A DNA stretch of 49,196 bases from the NCBI GenBank assembly GCA_944358165.1, contig CALVQS010000001.1:1-49196 (forward strand), read 5' to 3'. Positions 1-9,737 of the stretch are shown one piece after another. Each line of letters opens with the position of its first letter. Position 1 is the stretch's first letter. A model generated the notes under the pieces. It worked only from the letters and a program-made list of their open reading frames with translations. It had not been told where the DNA came from and did not search any database. This DNA is from an uncultured Bacilli bacterium (GTDB taxonomy: Bacteria; Bacillota_I; Bacilli_A; RF39; UBA660). The translations under genes and the position numbers were made by a program.

Positions 1-136
1 TAAAACCCCCTGAATCACTTCAGTAGTTTTAAACTACTCATAAAAAGAAAGCAGGCGCTTACCAATATGGATAACACTTCTAGTATATAATAAAGAGTGC
101 CAAAAAAGCAAGAACAAAAGTTCGACAAAATTAGAC

Positions 137-164
137 AAAAAATAATCCAAGCAAATTGCCTGGG
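137..164 (-). terminator. putative intrinsic terminator downstream of rmuC
   Basis: Minus-strand hairpin CCAGGC/GCUUGG (6 bp, one G-U) followed by AUUAUUUUUU, about 10 nt after the rmuC stop. Confidence 0.45.
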
Positions 165-174
165 TTTATTTTCT

Positions 175-1263
175 CTAATTATGAATTAATAGATCTTTGT
201 CATCACTCTTTAATTTATCTACCTCTACTTTATTAATAGTATCAAATCTCTTTGTAATTTTATCACTTGTCGTATTAAGTTCTTCTACACTCTTAGACAC
301 AGTATTAATATTACGAGCTAATTTATCCCATCTTTCCCTATATCGAGCAAATTCCACTGATAATTTATTTAACTCATCATGAATAATTTTAGCATACTTA
401 TCTCTTTCCATATTCTTCAAAATCATTTCAATTACGGTTAAAGTACTCATTAAAGTAGTAGGACTTGTAATCCATACTTTTTTTGAATAAGCATAATTTA
501 GTATATCAGAGTGATAAGCATTTACTTCTGCAAAAATTGCTTCTGCTGGTAAAAAGAGGATTGCTTCATTACTAGTCTCACCTGGAATAATATATTTGGA
601 ACTAATCGCATCAATATGTTTTTTAAAATCAATTTTAAACTGTCTTTCTGCAGCGGTTCTTTCTTCTTTACTAAGATTTTTATTGGTCATTTTCTCATAA
701 TTTTCAAGTGGAAACTTCGAATCAATGGCAATCGTTCCAAGTGGAGCTGGTGCATATAATAAAGCATCCGCTATAAAACCATTACTCATCTTATGTTGCA
801 AATCATAAATACCGGTATTTAATCCTCCAAAAGCATTTTCCAAAATAAATTGCAAATTTACTTCTCCAAAAATACCTCTTGTTTTCTTATCCGTTAATAT
901 ACTTTGTAAAGAGACAATATCTTCACCTAGACCATCTATTTTCTTTTGAGCTTCATCAATCTTCGAAAGTCTTTCAAGTACATTTGCAAAAGTCTTATTT
1001 GTTTTCTCCAAATTCTGATCCAATCTTTCGGTAACACGATTATTAATCTCAGTTAATTTCCTTTCTACTTTCTCATCTAAAGCATCAAAATCTTTTCTAA
1101 TATCACTAGCAAACTGTACTTTAAATTCCCCTATTTCTTTAACCATAGAAACTTCTAATTTACTAATACGATCCGTAATATCCATATTATTATTTTTCTT
1201 AAAATAGTTAGCAAGTAATAATATAATTGTTACAACTAATAATCCAATAATGACATATTCCAT
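175..1263 (-). CDS. rmuC: DNA recombination protein RmuC
   Basis: N-terminal TM helix, long coiled coil, and a C-terminal RmuC-type block (IDSKFPLENY ... LFLPAEAIF ... VWITSPTTLMSTL). Confidence 0.85.
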   Translation of the reverse strand: MEYVIIGLLVVTIILLLANYFKKNNNMDITDRISKLEVSMVKEIGEFKVQFASDIRKDFDALDEKVERKLTEINNRVTERLDQNLEKTNKTFANVLERLSKIDEAQKKIDGLGEDIVSLQSILTDKKTRGIFGEVNLQFILENAFGGLNTGIYDLQHKMSNGFIADALLYAPAPLGTIAIDSKFPLENYEKMTNKNLSKEERTAAERQFKIDFKKHIDAISSKYIIPGETSNEAILFLPAEAIFAEVNAYHSDILNYAYSKKVWITSPTTLMSTLTVIEMILKNMERDKYAKIIHDELNKLSVEFARYRERWDKLARNINTVSKSVEELNTTSDKITKRFDTINKVEVDKLKSDDKDLLIHN

Positions 1264-1274
1264 TTTTAAAACCT

Positions 1275-1853
1275 CTATTCTATCTTAAACTTTTTACTAA
1301 TAATTTTACTTATTACATAAGCAATGATTAGTAATATTCCAACACGAACTAAATAAATTGGATTTTTAATACTTTCAATCAAACTAACTCCTACAAACCC
1401 CCAGAAATAAACTAAAAATATTTTTCCAATTAACAAAGCTCCAATAAACTTTTTATAACTCATCTTTGATAATCCAGCTGCAATATTAACTAAAAAAGCT
1501 GGAGTAAAAGGAATTGCTATAATTGTAGTTAATTCTTCAAACTTCAAATTTGTAATAACATCAATGGTGTGTTCACTAATAATTCCCTCTTTTTTAATTC
1601 TCTTAAAAAGCCAAGTCTGTACTTTACAACGAAAAAGTAAAAAAGAAATAAAACAACCAATACAAGTAAAAATCCATGAAATAATAAATCCAAGTATATT
1701 ACCAAAAGCTAAAAAATTAAGAGTTATAAAAACAAAAAGTGGTAACACTGGAACCATTGATTCAATTAAAATAAAGAAGCAACCAACAATCGGCCCCCAA
1801 ATTCCTAATCCTTGTAGTGTTGTATCAATAAATGTATCTATTGCTTCAAACAT
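1275..1853 (-). CDS. TVP38/TMEM64 (DedA/SNARE-associated, VTT domain) membrane protein
   Basis: Polytopic 192-aa membrane protein with DedA-like layout. Family assignment is from recollection only. Confidence 0.65.
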   Translation of the reverse strand: MFEAIDTFIDTTLQGLGIWGPIVGCFFILIESMVPVLPLFVFITLNFLAFGNILGFIISWIFTCIGCFISFLLFRCKVQTWLFKRIKKEGIISEHTIDVITNLKFEELTTIIAIPFTPAFLVNIAAGLSKMSYKKFIGALLIGKIFLVYFWGFVGVSLIESIKNPIYLVRVGILLIIAYVISKIISKKFKIE

Positions 1854-1876
1854 AACTAATCACATTACTATTATAA

Positions 1877-1959
1877 TACATTTATAATAAAATTACACTC
1901 TAATTTATTTTAGAGTGTAAACAAATGATTTAAAAACTTATTCCAGTACACTGGAATAA
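1877..1959 (-). terminator. two consecutive intrinsic terminators after the AAA ATPase gene
   Basis: Minus-strand hairpin TTATTCCAGT-GT-ACTGGAATAA followed by GTTTTT (1938-1959). Then a perfect 11-bp stem TTACACTCTAA/TTAGAGTGTAA followed by TTTTATTAT (1886-1913). Confidence 0.6.
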
Positions 1960-1962
1960 CTT

Positions 1963-3156
1963 TTACTCTAACAACCAATCAATAATATTTTTATGAATAA
2001 TTCCATTTTGAGAATAATCTAATTTATCAGTAGAAATAACATATTTTGGATAATTATCTTGAATATGATTATAAGCTCCAAACTCTCTTTCTTCTGTATC
2101 TTTATTAGAAAGCGTATAAGTTACTTGATAATATTCGCGATTTTTATGTTTCGTTGCAATAAAATCAATTTCTTTTCCATTATTATTACCAACACTTACA
2201 GTATATCCACGGTAAATAAGTTCATTATAAACAATATTTTCTAAATAAGCACCAAACTGTGTCTTTTTATTAACATTTAAAATTTGTCCTAATCCTAAAT
2301 CAGTCAAATAATACTTATCCTTTCGAGAAAGAATTCTTTTCCCACGAATATCATAAGCAGAAACTCTTTGCATTAATAAAGCTTCTTCTGCATAATCCAA
2401 ACATTCATAAATCGTTCTAGATGAAACAGGTATATTTTCATTTTCAAACTCTTTTACCATATTCGCCGGTGAAAAAACTTGACTAGGATTCGTAACTAAG
2501 TACTCCATAACTCTTTGAAATAACTGAATATTTTTAATATTATGTCTTTTAACAATATCTTTTAAAACGATAGCATCAAACACATCCATCAAATAAGTCT
2601 GCATACCTTCCCTAGATTGAATTTCAAATCTTTGAGGAAGACCACCCCATAATAAATAATCATTAAACACTTCTTCTAAATCTTTTTTATCAGTAATTCC
2701 TTTTAGTTCTACTACTTCTCTAAAAGAAAATGGTGCTAGCCTAAAAGAAACATAACGCCCTGATAACAAAGTTGCAAGCTCTCCTGATAATAATTTAGAA
2801 TTAGAACCCGTAACAAAAATAGAAACATTATCTGTTGCTTTAAAAGAGTTGATTGCCTTCTCCCAATCTTGAACCATTTGAATTTCATCAAAGAATAAAT
2901 AATATTTTTGATTATCTTTAATTTTTTCTTTGATATAATTATGTAAATCTAAATAATTTTCAATAAAAGAAAAAGTAACATCTTCAAAATTTATATAAAT
3001 AATATGATCATCTAAAACATTTAATTCTTTAATTTCTTCTATAATTTGTTTTAAAAGAACAGACTTCCCGCATCTTCTTATACCTGTAATCACTTTAATT
3101 AAATCAGTATGATAAAATTCTCTTATTTTTTCTAAATACTTCTCTCTTTTAATCAC
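1963..3156 (-). CDS. AAA+ ATPase, AAA_14 + DUF4143 type (COG1373-like)
   Basis: Walker A GIRRCGKS and Walker B LFFDEIQ, with a C-terminal DUF4143-like region. GTG start preceded by AGGTGA. Confidence 0.8.
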   Translation of the reverse strand: MIKREKYLEKIREFYHTDLIKVITGIRRCGKSVLLKQIIEEIKELNVLDDHIIYINFEDVTFSFIENYLDLHNYIKEKIKDNQKYYLFFDEIQMVQDWEKAINSFKATDNVSIFVTGSNSKLLSGELATLLSGRYVSFRLAPFSFREVVELKGITDKKDLEEVFNDYLLWGGLPQRFEIQSREGMQTYLMDVFDAIVLKDIVKRHNIKNIQLFQRVMEYLVTNPSQVFSPANMVKEFENENIPVSSRTIYECLDYAEEALLMQRVSAYDIRGKRILSRKDKYYLTDLGLGQILNVNKKTQFGAYLENIVYNELIYRGYTVSVGNNNGKEIDFIATKHKNREYYQVTYTLSNKDTEEREFGAYNHIQDNYPKYVISTDKLDYSQNGIIHKNIIDWLLE

Positions 3157-3178
3157 AAAATCACCTTCTATTGTTTAT

Positions 3179-3207
3179 ATAATATCACAGTATTGATTAA
3201 CTGTCAA
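3179..3207 (-). promoter_or_regulatory. sigma-A type promoter for the AAA ATPase gene
   Basis: Minus strand reads TTGACA, a 17-nt spacer (with TG of an extended -10), then TATTAT, about 25 nt upstream of the RBS. Confidence 0.5.
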
Positions 3208-3256
3208 TATATTTTCGTGCAGAAAAATATACGCAGATATTATCAACTATATTTTT

Positions 3257-5239
3257 CTACAGAAAAACAAAATTGATGATAATACAAAGACTAACTCCTA
3301 CTAAAAGAGGAATAAGAACACTTAAAAATGTATAAAATTTACTACCCGTTTCTTTATGAATAGTAAGTAATGTAGTAGAACATGGAAAACGATACAAAAA
3401 TAAAATAAGAAAACATAAAGCTGTTTTAATGGTCCAACCATTTTCTACTAATATATCTTTTAGCATACTTAAATTATCCATATCAATTAAAGTGGAAGTA
3501 TTTAAGTAACACATAAGTAAAATTGGAACAACAATCTCATTCGCTGGAAATCCCAAAATAAGAGCAAGTAAAATAACACCATCCAGTCCAAGAAATATAC
3601 CAATAGGATTAAGTGTATTTACAAGATAAGTTAAAACAGGAACACCATGAATAGAAACATTTGCAATAACCCAGATAAGTACCCCTGCTGGAATAGCTAC
3701 TTTTACAGCTCGACCCAAAACAAAGATGGCTCTATTTTTAATGCTATACCAAATGCTTGCCCAGATATTTGGCATACGGTATGGTGGCAGCTCTAAAGTA
3801 AAACTAGATGGTTCTCCTTTAAGAATTGTCTTTGATAAAATAAGACTAACCAAAAAAGTAAGAAGAATTCCTAAAAAGAGAAATCCGGTAAGAATAAGTG
3901 CACAAAAGAAAGCTCCATAAACTTGATCTAATCCCACAAAGAAAATCGTTATAATAGCAATTAAACTAGGAAACTTCCCATTACATGGCATAAATACATT
4001 GGTTAATATAGCAATAAATCTCTCTCTTTTAGAATCAATAATTCTTGCACCTGTAACTCCAACCGCATTACAACCAATTCCCATACACATCGTAAGTGCC
4101 TGCTTCCCACAAGCTCTGCATTTACTAAAAGCTCGGTCCATATTAAAAGCAATTCTAGGAAGTACCCCCAAATCTTCTAAGAAAGTAAAAATTGGAAAGA
4201 AAATAAGCATTGGTGGCATCATCACCGATACAACCCAATAAAGAGTTTTATAAACACCATGAACAAGCAAATCTACTAAAAAATTTGGTAAAGATAAAAA
4301 CTCTAAAAAGTTCATAATAGGTGCTTCTAAAGAGGAAAAGAAGGAAAAGAGCAAACTAGATGGATAATTAGCCCCAACAATCGTAAGATAAAAAATAACA
4401 AACAAAAACAAAAGCATAATGGGAATCCCCCATATTTTACTTGTAAGTATTTTATCAATCTTTCTTGTTTTCTCATCAACTCTTGGTATATTTACAACGT
4501 CCCTCAGTATTTCTTTTACTTTTTTAGAGATATGAATACATACTTCTAGATGAACATCCAAATCTTGTTTTTTAACAAAATCTTTTTTAACAATTCCTAA
4601 GTTTTTAAATTGGTTAATATAACTTTGATTGTTTTCTAATATTTTTAAAGCAATCCATCTTTTATTATATTGATTGGTATCAAGATTCTTAGAAATATCA
4701 TCAATAGAATCATTTAATACTCCATAATCCAGTTTTAAATAATCTTGTGATTTGCTTTCATTTATAGCAAAGAGTAAATCGGTTAAACCAAGCTTTTTTT
4801 TCGCACTAACGAGCACTACCCTACTACCAAGTCTTTCTTCTAATAGTTTTTTATTGATGGTAATTCCCCTTTTTTCTGCCTCATCTATTAAATTAATACA
4901 CACAACAACATTAGGACATATTTCTTTGGTTTGTACTGCAAGATGAATTCCCTTATTTAAACTAGTCGCATCACATACCACAACAGCAACATCAAAATCC
5001 TGAAACACAATAAAATCGGTCGCAACGACTTCTTCTTTGGATTTACTAATTAAAGAGTAGGTTCCTGGTAAATCATAAAAAGTATAGCAAGTATCTAAAT
5101 ATTCACATTCTCCTCTGCTAATACCAACCGTTTTGCCAGCCCAATTTCCTGTATGTTCATGATTATGAGTGAAAGCATTATAAATACTAGACTTACCAAC
5201 ATTTGGTGTTCCCACAAGAACAACTTTAATCTCTTTCAT
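3257..5239 (-). CDS. feoB: ferrous iron transporter FeoB
   Basis: N-terminal G-domain (GTPNVGKS, DLPG, NLID) fused to a large polytopic permease domain. Overlaps feoA by 14 nt. Confidence 0.95.
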   Translation of the reverse strand: MKEIKVVLVGTPNVGKSSIYNAFTHNHEHTGNWAGKTVGISRGECEYLDTCYTFYDLPGTYSLISKSKEEVVATDFIVFQDFDVAVVVCDATSLNKGIHLAVQTKEICPNVVVCINLIDEAEKRGITINKKLLEERLGSRVVLVSAKKKLGLTDLLFAINESKSQDYLKLDYGVLNDSIDDISKNLDTNQYNKRWIALKILENNQSYINQFKNLGIVKKDFVKKQDLDVHLEVCIHISKKVKEILRDVVNIPRVDEKTRKIDKILTSKIWGIPIMLLFLFVIFYLTIVGANYPSSLLFSFFSSLEAPIMNFLEFLSLPNFLVDLLVHGVYKTLYWVVSVMMPPMLIFFPIFTFLEDLGVLPRIAFNMDRAFSKCRACGKQALTMCMGIGCNAVGVTGARIIDSKRERFIAILTNVFMPCNGKFPSLIAIITIFFVGLDQVYGAFFCALILTGFLFLGILLTFLVSLILSKTILKGEPSSFTLELPPYRMPNIWASIWYSIKNRAIFVLGRAVKVAIPAGVLIWVIANVSIHGVPVLTYLVNTLNPIGIFLGLDGVILLALILGFPANEIVVPILLMCYLNTSTLIDMDNLSMLKDILVENGWTIKTALCFLILFLYRFPCSTTLLTIHKETGSKFYTFLSVLIPLLVGVSLCIIINFVFL

Positions 5240-5453
5240 ATTTCACCATCACCCCTCTAGCATCGGTATTTCTAAGAGCAATCATTCCCCCATTAATTAG
5301 ATAAGCCTTAGGATCATGAAAAGGACTAATTAAAACACATTTTACTTCCTCACCCGGAATAAATCCTAAATCTAGTAATCTTCTTCTCATGGGATGCGAC
5401 AAAAGCTCCGTAATAACAACTTCTTCATTTAACTTTATTTGATCTAAACTCAT
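5226..5453 (-). CDS. feoA: FeoA (SH3-like ferrous iron transport protein A)
   Basis: 75 aa with an RRRLLDLGFIPGEEV motif, immediately upstream of feoB. RBS AAGGAG. Confidence 0.9.
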   Translation of the reverse strand: MSLDQIKLNEEVVITELLSHPMRRRLLDLGFIPGEEVKCVLISPFHDPKAYLINGGMIALRNTDARGVMVKYERD

Positions 5454-5480
5454 AATTTTTAATCTCCTTCATAAAATATA

Positions 5481-5498
5481 TTAGTTTCCTTAAACTAA
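5481..5498. promoter_or_regulatory. candidate DtxR/MntR-family operator in the feoA / regulator divergent region
   Basis: Palindrome TTAGTTT-CCTT-AAACTAA with perfect 7-bp arms. It resembles the DtxR box TTAGGTTAGCCTAACCTAA and lies 28 nt upstream of the feoA start. Confidence 0.45.
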
Positions 5499-5523
5499 CA
5501 ACTACTGTATTTTATGAATAAGA

Positions 5524-5955
5524 TTGGATTTGGTTTATATGAATGACAATTTTTATACGCTAACAACCTATATACATAATAAAAATAAAATCACATACCC
5601 CATGGAAGATTATTTAGAAATGATTTATCGCAAAAAGAAAGAAAAAATCACCATTACTTCTCTAAGTCATGATTTAAACATCAAAAAATCATCTTGTAGT
5701 AAGATGATTCATAAACTAAAAGATTTAAATTTAATAAAGATCGAAGAAAATAAAATATTATTAACAAGCATTGGCTTAAAAATTGCCTACAATCTCTACC
5801 ACCGTCATCAAGTATTAGAACATTTCTTAAAAAATTTAAATCAAGAAAACTTTGAACTAGCTCAAGTCGAAAAGCTAGAACACTTTATTGATGAAGTTAC
5901 TCTAAGAAATCTTGAAAAATTAACCAACCAAATAATCAAGCAAAACGGGAGCTAA
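5524..5955 (+). CDS. DtxR/MntR-family metal-dependent transcriptional regulator
   Basis: MEDYLEMIY... winged-helix N-terminus followed by a DtxR-type dimerisation region (HRHQVLEHFL). The start is ambiguous: TTG at 5524, ATG at 5539, or ATG of MEDYLE further in. Confidence 0.75.
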   Translation: MDLVYMNDNFYTLTTYIHNKNKITYPMEDYLEMIYRKKKEKITITSLSHDLNIKKSSCSKMIHKLKDLNLIKIEENKILLTSIGLKIAYNLYHRHQVLEHFLKNLNQENFELAQVEKLEHFIDEVTLRNLEKLTNQIIKQNGS

Positions 5956-6618
5956 AATAATAAGCAACATAATTGGTACAAAAAAGATAACACTAATAAT
6001 ACTTACCTTTGTTGGTAATTTATTAATTTCTGCTTTCACATCAAGCATTTCTTTATTATTCAAGAAATCTAATTGATTTGTCAAAGAAGTAACGATACTA
6101 TTTCCAAAAGTATTGGACTCAATCATATTTAAAATAGCATTATTGATCGCTTCACTAGGTATTCTTTTTTTCATATCATTTAAAGCTTCATTCAAACTTT
6201 TACCCAATTTAACTTCTGCTAAAGTTTGCTTAAACTCATCGGATAATTCCGAATCAATATTGGATGTCGTAAGATGAAGAGCATGTCCTAAATTTCGACC
6301 AGATTCCAAAGTAAGTAACAATACTTCAAAAAAGAACAAAGCTTCTTTTTCAAGTTTTTTAGCCCTTCTCTTTATCGGATAATCCAAAAGCACTACTTCA
6401 CTTAAATAATAAAACAGGATAGCTACAACGGGAGCTAAAATATATCCAAAATCGGAAGTAATTAATAAAATAACAAACAAAATAAGAGAAATAAGAACTC
6501 GAAAATTAAGAATTAAAAACAAATTATAATTATGATTTACACCCAAAAGTTTAATTTTATCTTCGATTCTCTTTATCGTTCTTTTCGGATAAATTTTTAC
6601 AAACAAACTTTCTTTCAT
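5920..6618 (-). CDS. tadC: Tad/type II secretion F-family membrane protein (TadC-like)
   Basis: T2SSF-like helical domain flanked by TM segments, last gene of the tad operon. Overlaps tadB by 4 nt. Confidence 0.7.
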   Translation of the reverse strand: MKESLFVKIYPKRTIKRIEDKIKLLGVNHNYNLFLILNFRVLISLILFVILLITSDFGYILAPVVAILFYYLSEVVLLDYPIKRRAKKLEKEALFFFEVLLLTLESGRNLGHALHLTTSNIDSELSDEFKQTLAEVKLGKSLNEALNDMKKRIPSEAINNAILNMIESNTFGNSIVTSLTNQLDFLNNKEMLDVKAEINKLPTKVSIISVIFFVPIMLLIILAPVLLDYLVG

Positions 6619-7619
6619 ATTCTTACCTCCAAAATCTTCTTAATAAGAATAATATATAAAATGTATAAAAATAAAATTACACTTAAAATAACAATTCCTA
6701 AGAAAGAAGTAAATAAAGGCATAAAGTAAGTTGGATTTAAAATGAAAATAAGAAGGACAAAAATAAATGGTAAAAAAGCTAAAAACTTAAACACAAACCT
6801 ACTAGAACTCGTTAAACTATATAATTCATTTCTTAAGTTTTTCTTCTCTAAAATAGATTTTTCTAATCTCGAAAATACACTTACAATATCGCCACCTGTT
6901 TTATTTAAAAGAGTAAGACAAGTCGTAATATATTTTGCATCTTCTAATTTTACTCTCTCATAAAACCGATTAAACACAACATCCAAACTAAGTCCATAAC
7001 TAATATCCAAATAAATCTTTTCAAATTCATCCTTTATTGGCCCATCCAATTCTTCTTTTACCATTTCAATCGCTTGGATAATACTCTTCCCACTTGCAAA
7101 AGCATTATTCATAATAATAATTGCTTTTAACAAATCATCTTCAATTCTTTTTCTTTTTTGATTAAATTTCATATTTAAAAAGAAATCAGGTAAAAAGAAA
7201 GTAATAATTAAAACAAGGAATAAAATCATTCCATCAAAATCATGATAATGCATAATGAAAGTAACAAGCCCTAAAATAAAAACAAGGAAAGTACAAACAA
7301 ACTTAATCGTTACATAATCCATTCCCTCTTTTTGTCCTCTCACATCAAAAGGAATAAACTTTTCATACTTTAAAGCATACTTACGTAAAACTTGAGATTT
7401 TTTGAATAATTTTGATCCAAAACGAACAAACTTCCAAACATAAAAGCCAAGTTCATCAAAGAAAGAAACTTCATGATCTTTATTAGATGTAAGTGCAAAA
7501 GAAGAAAGTCTTTTTTCAAGCCGTAAAGTCTTAGACAAACGAAGTAGATAAAGCGCTACTAAAACTGGAACTAAAATAATAAGTACTTGTAAAAATCTTA
7601 CTCCGTTCATCTTTTTCAC
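6615..7619 (-). CDS. tadB: Tad/type II secretion F-family membrane protein (TadB-like)
   Basis: T2SSF-like domain and TM segments, directly downstream of cpaF. Confidence 0.7.
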   Translation of the reverse strand: MKKMNGVRFLQVLIILVPVLVALYLLRLSKTLRLEKRLSSFALTSNKDHEVSFFDELGFYVWKFVRFGSKLFKKSQVLRKYALKYEKFIPFDVRGQKEGMDYVTIKFVCTFLVFILGLVTFIMHYHDFDGMILFLVLIITFFLPDFFLNMKFNQKRKRIEDDLLKAIIIMNNAFASGKSIIQAIEMVKEELDGPIKDEFEKIYLDISYGLSLDVVFNRFYERVKLEDAKYITTCLTLLNKTGGDIVSVFSRLEKSILEKKNLRNELYSLTSSSRFVFKFLAFLPFIFVLLIFILNPTYFMPLFTSFLGIVILSVILFLYILYIILIKKILEVRI

Positions 7620-8972
7620 CTAACTTTCTTTATTTGTTTTTTCTGGGTAGAAAATATCATCTAAATCTTCAATACCTCTTGCCCTTATCTTTTTAAGTAC
7701 CTTAGGTACTCCTTTATATAAAATAAATTCTCCATCTACTTCCCCTTTATCAGTAAGTCCTTTTTGACGGAAAGCAAATATTTCTTTTAATTTAATTTCA
7801 TCACCAGAGAAGTTTTCTAGCTCACAAATACTAGTTACTTTTCTTCTACCATCACTCATACGCTCGATATTTACCACTAAATCAATCGCACTAACAATAT
7901 ATTCACGAACTGCTTTAATAGGAATATCAATTCCTCCCATTAACACCATAGTCTCTAACCGGTTTAAGGCATCCGCTGGACTATTCGCATGCAAAGTAGT
8001 AAGAGAGCCATCATGTCCTGTATTCATCGCTTGAAGCATATCAAATGCTTCCTTACCACGAACCTCACCTACTATAATTCGATCTGGCCTCATTCTAAGA
8101 GAATTAATAACCAAATCGCGAATGGAAATTTCTCCCTCGGCATCATAATTCATCGTACGTGTTTCAAGAGAAATAACATGAGGTTGGTTAAGCCGGAGTT
8201 CTGCTGCATCTTCAATCGTAATAATTCTTTCATTATCATGAATAAAGCCACTTAAAATATTAAGCAAAGTCGTCTTTCCAGAACCTGTACCACCACAAAC
8301 AATAATATTGAGTTTACCTCTTACTGCTGCATCCAAAAACCGTGCCATATAAGGAGTCAAGCTACCAATTCGAATTAACTCATCAATACTAGTCATACTC
8401 TCTTTAAATTTACGAATGGTAACAACAGGCCCTTTCGTTGAAAGTGGTGGAATAACAGCATTAATTCTCGAACCATCCTCTAATCTTGAATCAACCATTG
8501 GATTTGTCGCATCAATCGTTCTTCCCATAGGTTCAATAAGTCTTTGAACCGTTCGAATAATATGTTCATCATTAATAAAAGATACACTATCATCTTTTAC
8601 TAATTGTCCATCAATCTCGATATAAATCTCATCAGGACTATTAATCATAATCTCGGTAATATTATCATCTTCTAGTAATTCGGAAATTGGTCCATATCCA
8701 TTAATTTCATTATCAATTAAATTAAATAAATGACTTCTCTCTAAATTCGTTAAATCATATCCCTCAATCGTCTTATCAATCTCATCATTAATCCATTCCG
8801 TCAAACTAACATTACTAGGCATATCATTATCAATTAAATTCTCAATAATCTCTGTTCTAAGCATGTCAAGTAACTTCTTATCCGGAAATATCTCATAATC
8901 ATTTAATATATCTTGCTTTTTTTGTTTTACTTGAACATCAAAAGCTTCTCTAAGCGTCTTCATGCTTTTCAC
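7620..8972 (-). CDS. cpaF: CpaF/TadA family pilus assembly ATPase
   Basis: Walker A GGTGSGKTT, Asp box, Walker B and His box (GHDGSLTTLHAN), typical of CpaF/VirB11-like secretion ATPases. Confidence 0.92.
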   Translation of the reverse strand: MKSMKTLREAFDVQVKQKKQDILNDYEIFPDKKLLDMLRTEIIENLIDNDMPSNVSLTEWINDEIDKTIEGYDLTNLERSHLFNLIDNEINGYGPISELLEDDNITEIMINSPDEIYIEIDGQLVKDDSVSFINDEHIIRTVQRLIEPMGRTIDATNPMVDSRLEDGSRINAVIPPLSTKGPVVTIRKFKESMTSIDELIRIGSLTPYMARFLDAAVRGKLNIIVCGGTGSGKTTLLNILSGFIHDNERIITIEDAAELRLNQPHVISLETRTMNYDAEGEISIRDLVINSLRMRPDRIIVGEVRGKEAFDMLQAMNTGHDGSLTTLHANSPADALNRLETMVLMGGIDIPIKAVREYIVSAIDLVVNIERMSDGRRKVTSICELENFSGDEIKLKEIFAFRQKGLTDKGEVDGEFILYKGVPKVLKKIRARGIEDLDDIFYPEKTNKES

Positions 8973-9723
8973 CTTCTTTAAATAGATCAGTACAAATACC
9001 CATTAAAGTGGTATAATCTTTTCCAAAAATACTAGATGCTCTCTTATCTAAAGTAATAATCTTTCCATTCATAACAAAAGTATCAATATTTTTTATATAA
9101 AAATCTTTAGATAAAACATAATCAATATTTGCTTTAATAATATTTTTAATATCATAAATACCAAAATAACCTTTAAAAGGAAAAATACTTTCATTTAAAA
9201 TAACTTTATAATTCGTTAAATTAGTATCTTTAAATACCGCAATTAAACTACGCATATTTTTAAGATCTAACGGATCATTCGTAACTAAGAAAAGAATTTT
9301 ATCTACCAAATCCAAAGTAAGAATATTAAAATCCGTTAAATCATGAGTCGTATCAATTAAAACAACATCATAATTAAATACCGCTTTATCAAGAATAATC
9401 TCAACATACTTAGGATCAATCTTTAAAGCTTGTCTTGGATCTTTTGGACTAGCTAAAACATCAATATAATCATCATATTTAGTTACATAATTTTTAAACT
9501 CTTGATACTCATTATTATTATAATCATAAGTAAAATGATAACTACTTTTTCCATTAGGAATATTAAGGGCAGCGCTAATTCCTCCCCCAGATAAATCAAA
9601 ATCAATAATTAAAACTTTTTTTTGTAACACTTCAAAAATACCTGCCAAATTTAAAGTAGTAATCGTCTTACCAACTCCACCTTTTGCACTTGCTACAACA
9701 ATACTAATTCCCTTATTATTCAT
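8950..9723 (-). CDS. ParA/MinD-like ATPase of Tad loci (TadZ/CpaE-like, no receiver domain)
   Basis: Deviant Walker A KGGVGKT, positioned immediately upstream of cpaF. Confidence 0.75.
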   Translation of the reverse strand: MNNKGISIVVASAKGGVGKTITTLNLAGIFEVLQKKVLIIDFDLSGGGISAALNIPNGKSSYHFTYDYNNNEYQEFKNYVTKYDDYIDVLASPKDPRQALKIDPKYVEIILDKAVFNYDVVLIDTTHDLTDFNILTLDLVDKILFLVTNDPLDLKNMRSLIAVFKDTNLTNYKVILNESIFPFKGYFGIYDIKNIIKANIDYVLSKDFYIKNIDTFVMNGKIITLDKRASSIFGKDYTTLMGICTDLFKEGEKHEDA

Positions 9724-9737
9724 ATTAATTGCCCCTT

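Noticed and set aside
197-382. Short antisense or shadow ORFs throughout the track. Examples: 197-382, 1564-1887, 2059-2244, 3726-4946 set, 6532-6963, 7989-8255, 9729-9920, 14791-15066, 16759-16998, 18668-18874, 19789-19995, 22375-22596, 24049-24340, 25862-26212, 27836-28030, 31872-32294, 32916-33101, 33557-33772, 34066-34275, 36658-37136, 41499-41711, 46008-46196.
   Set aside because: Each lies inside or opposite a longer ORF with clear family motifs. They lack RBSs and have the I/F/L/K/N-rich composition expected from reading AT-rich coding DNA in the wrong frame.
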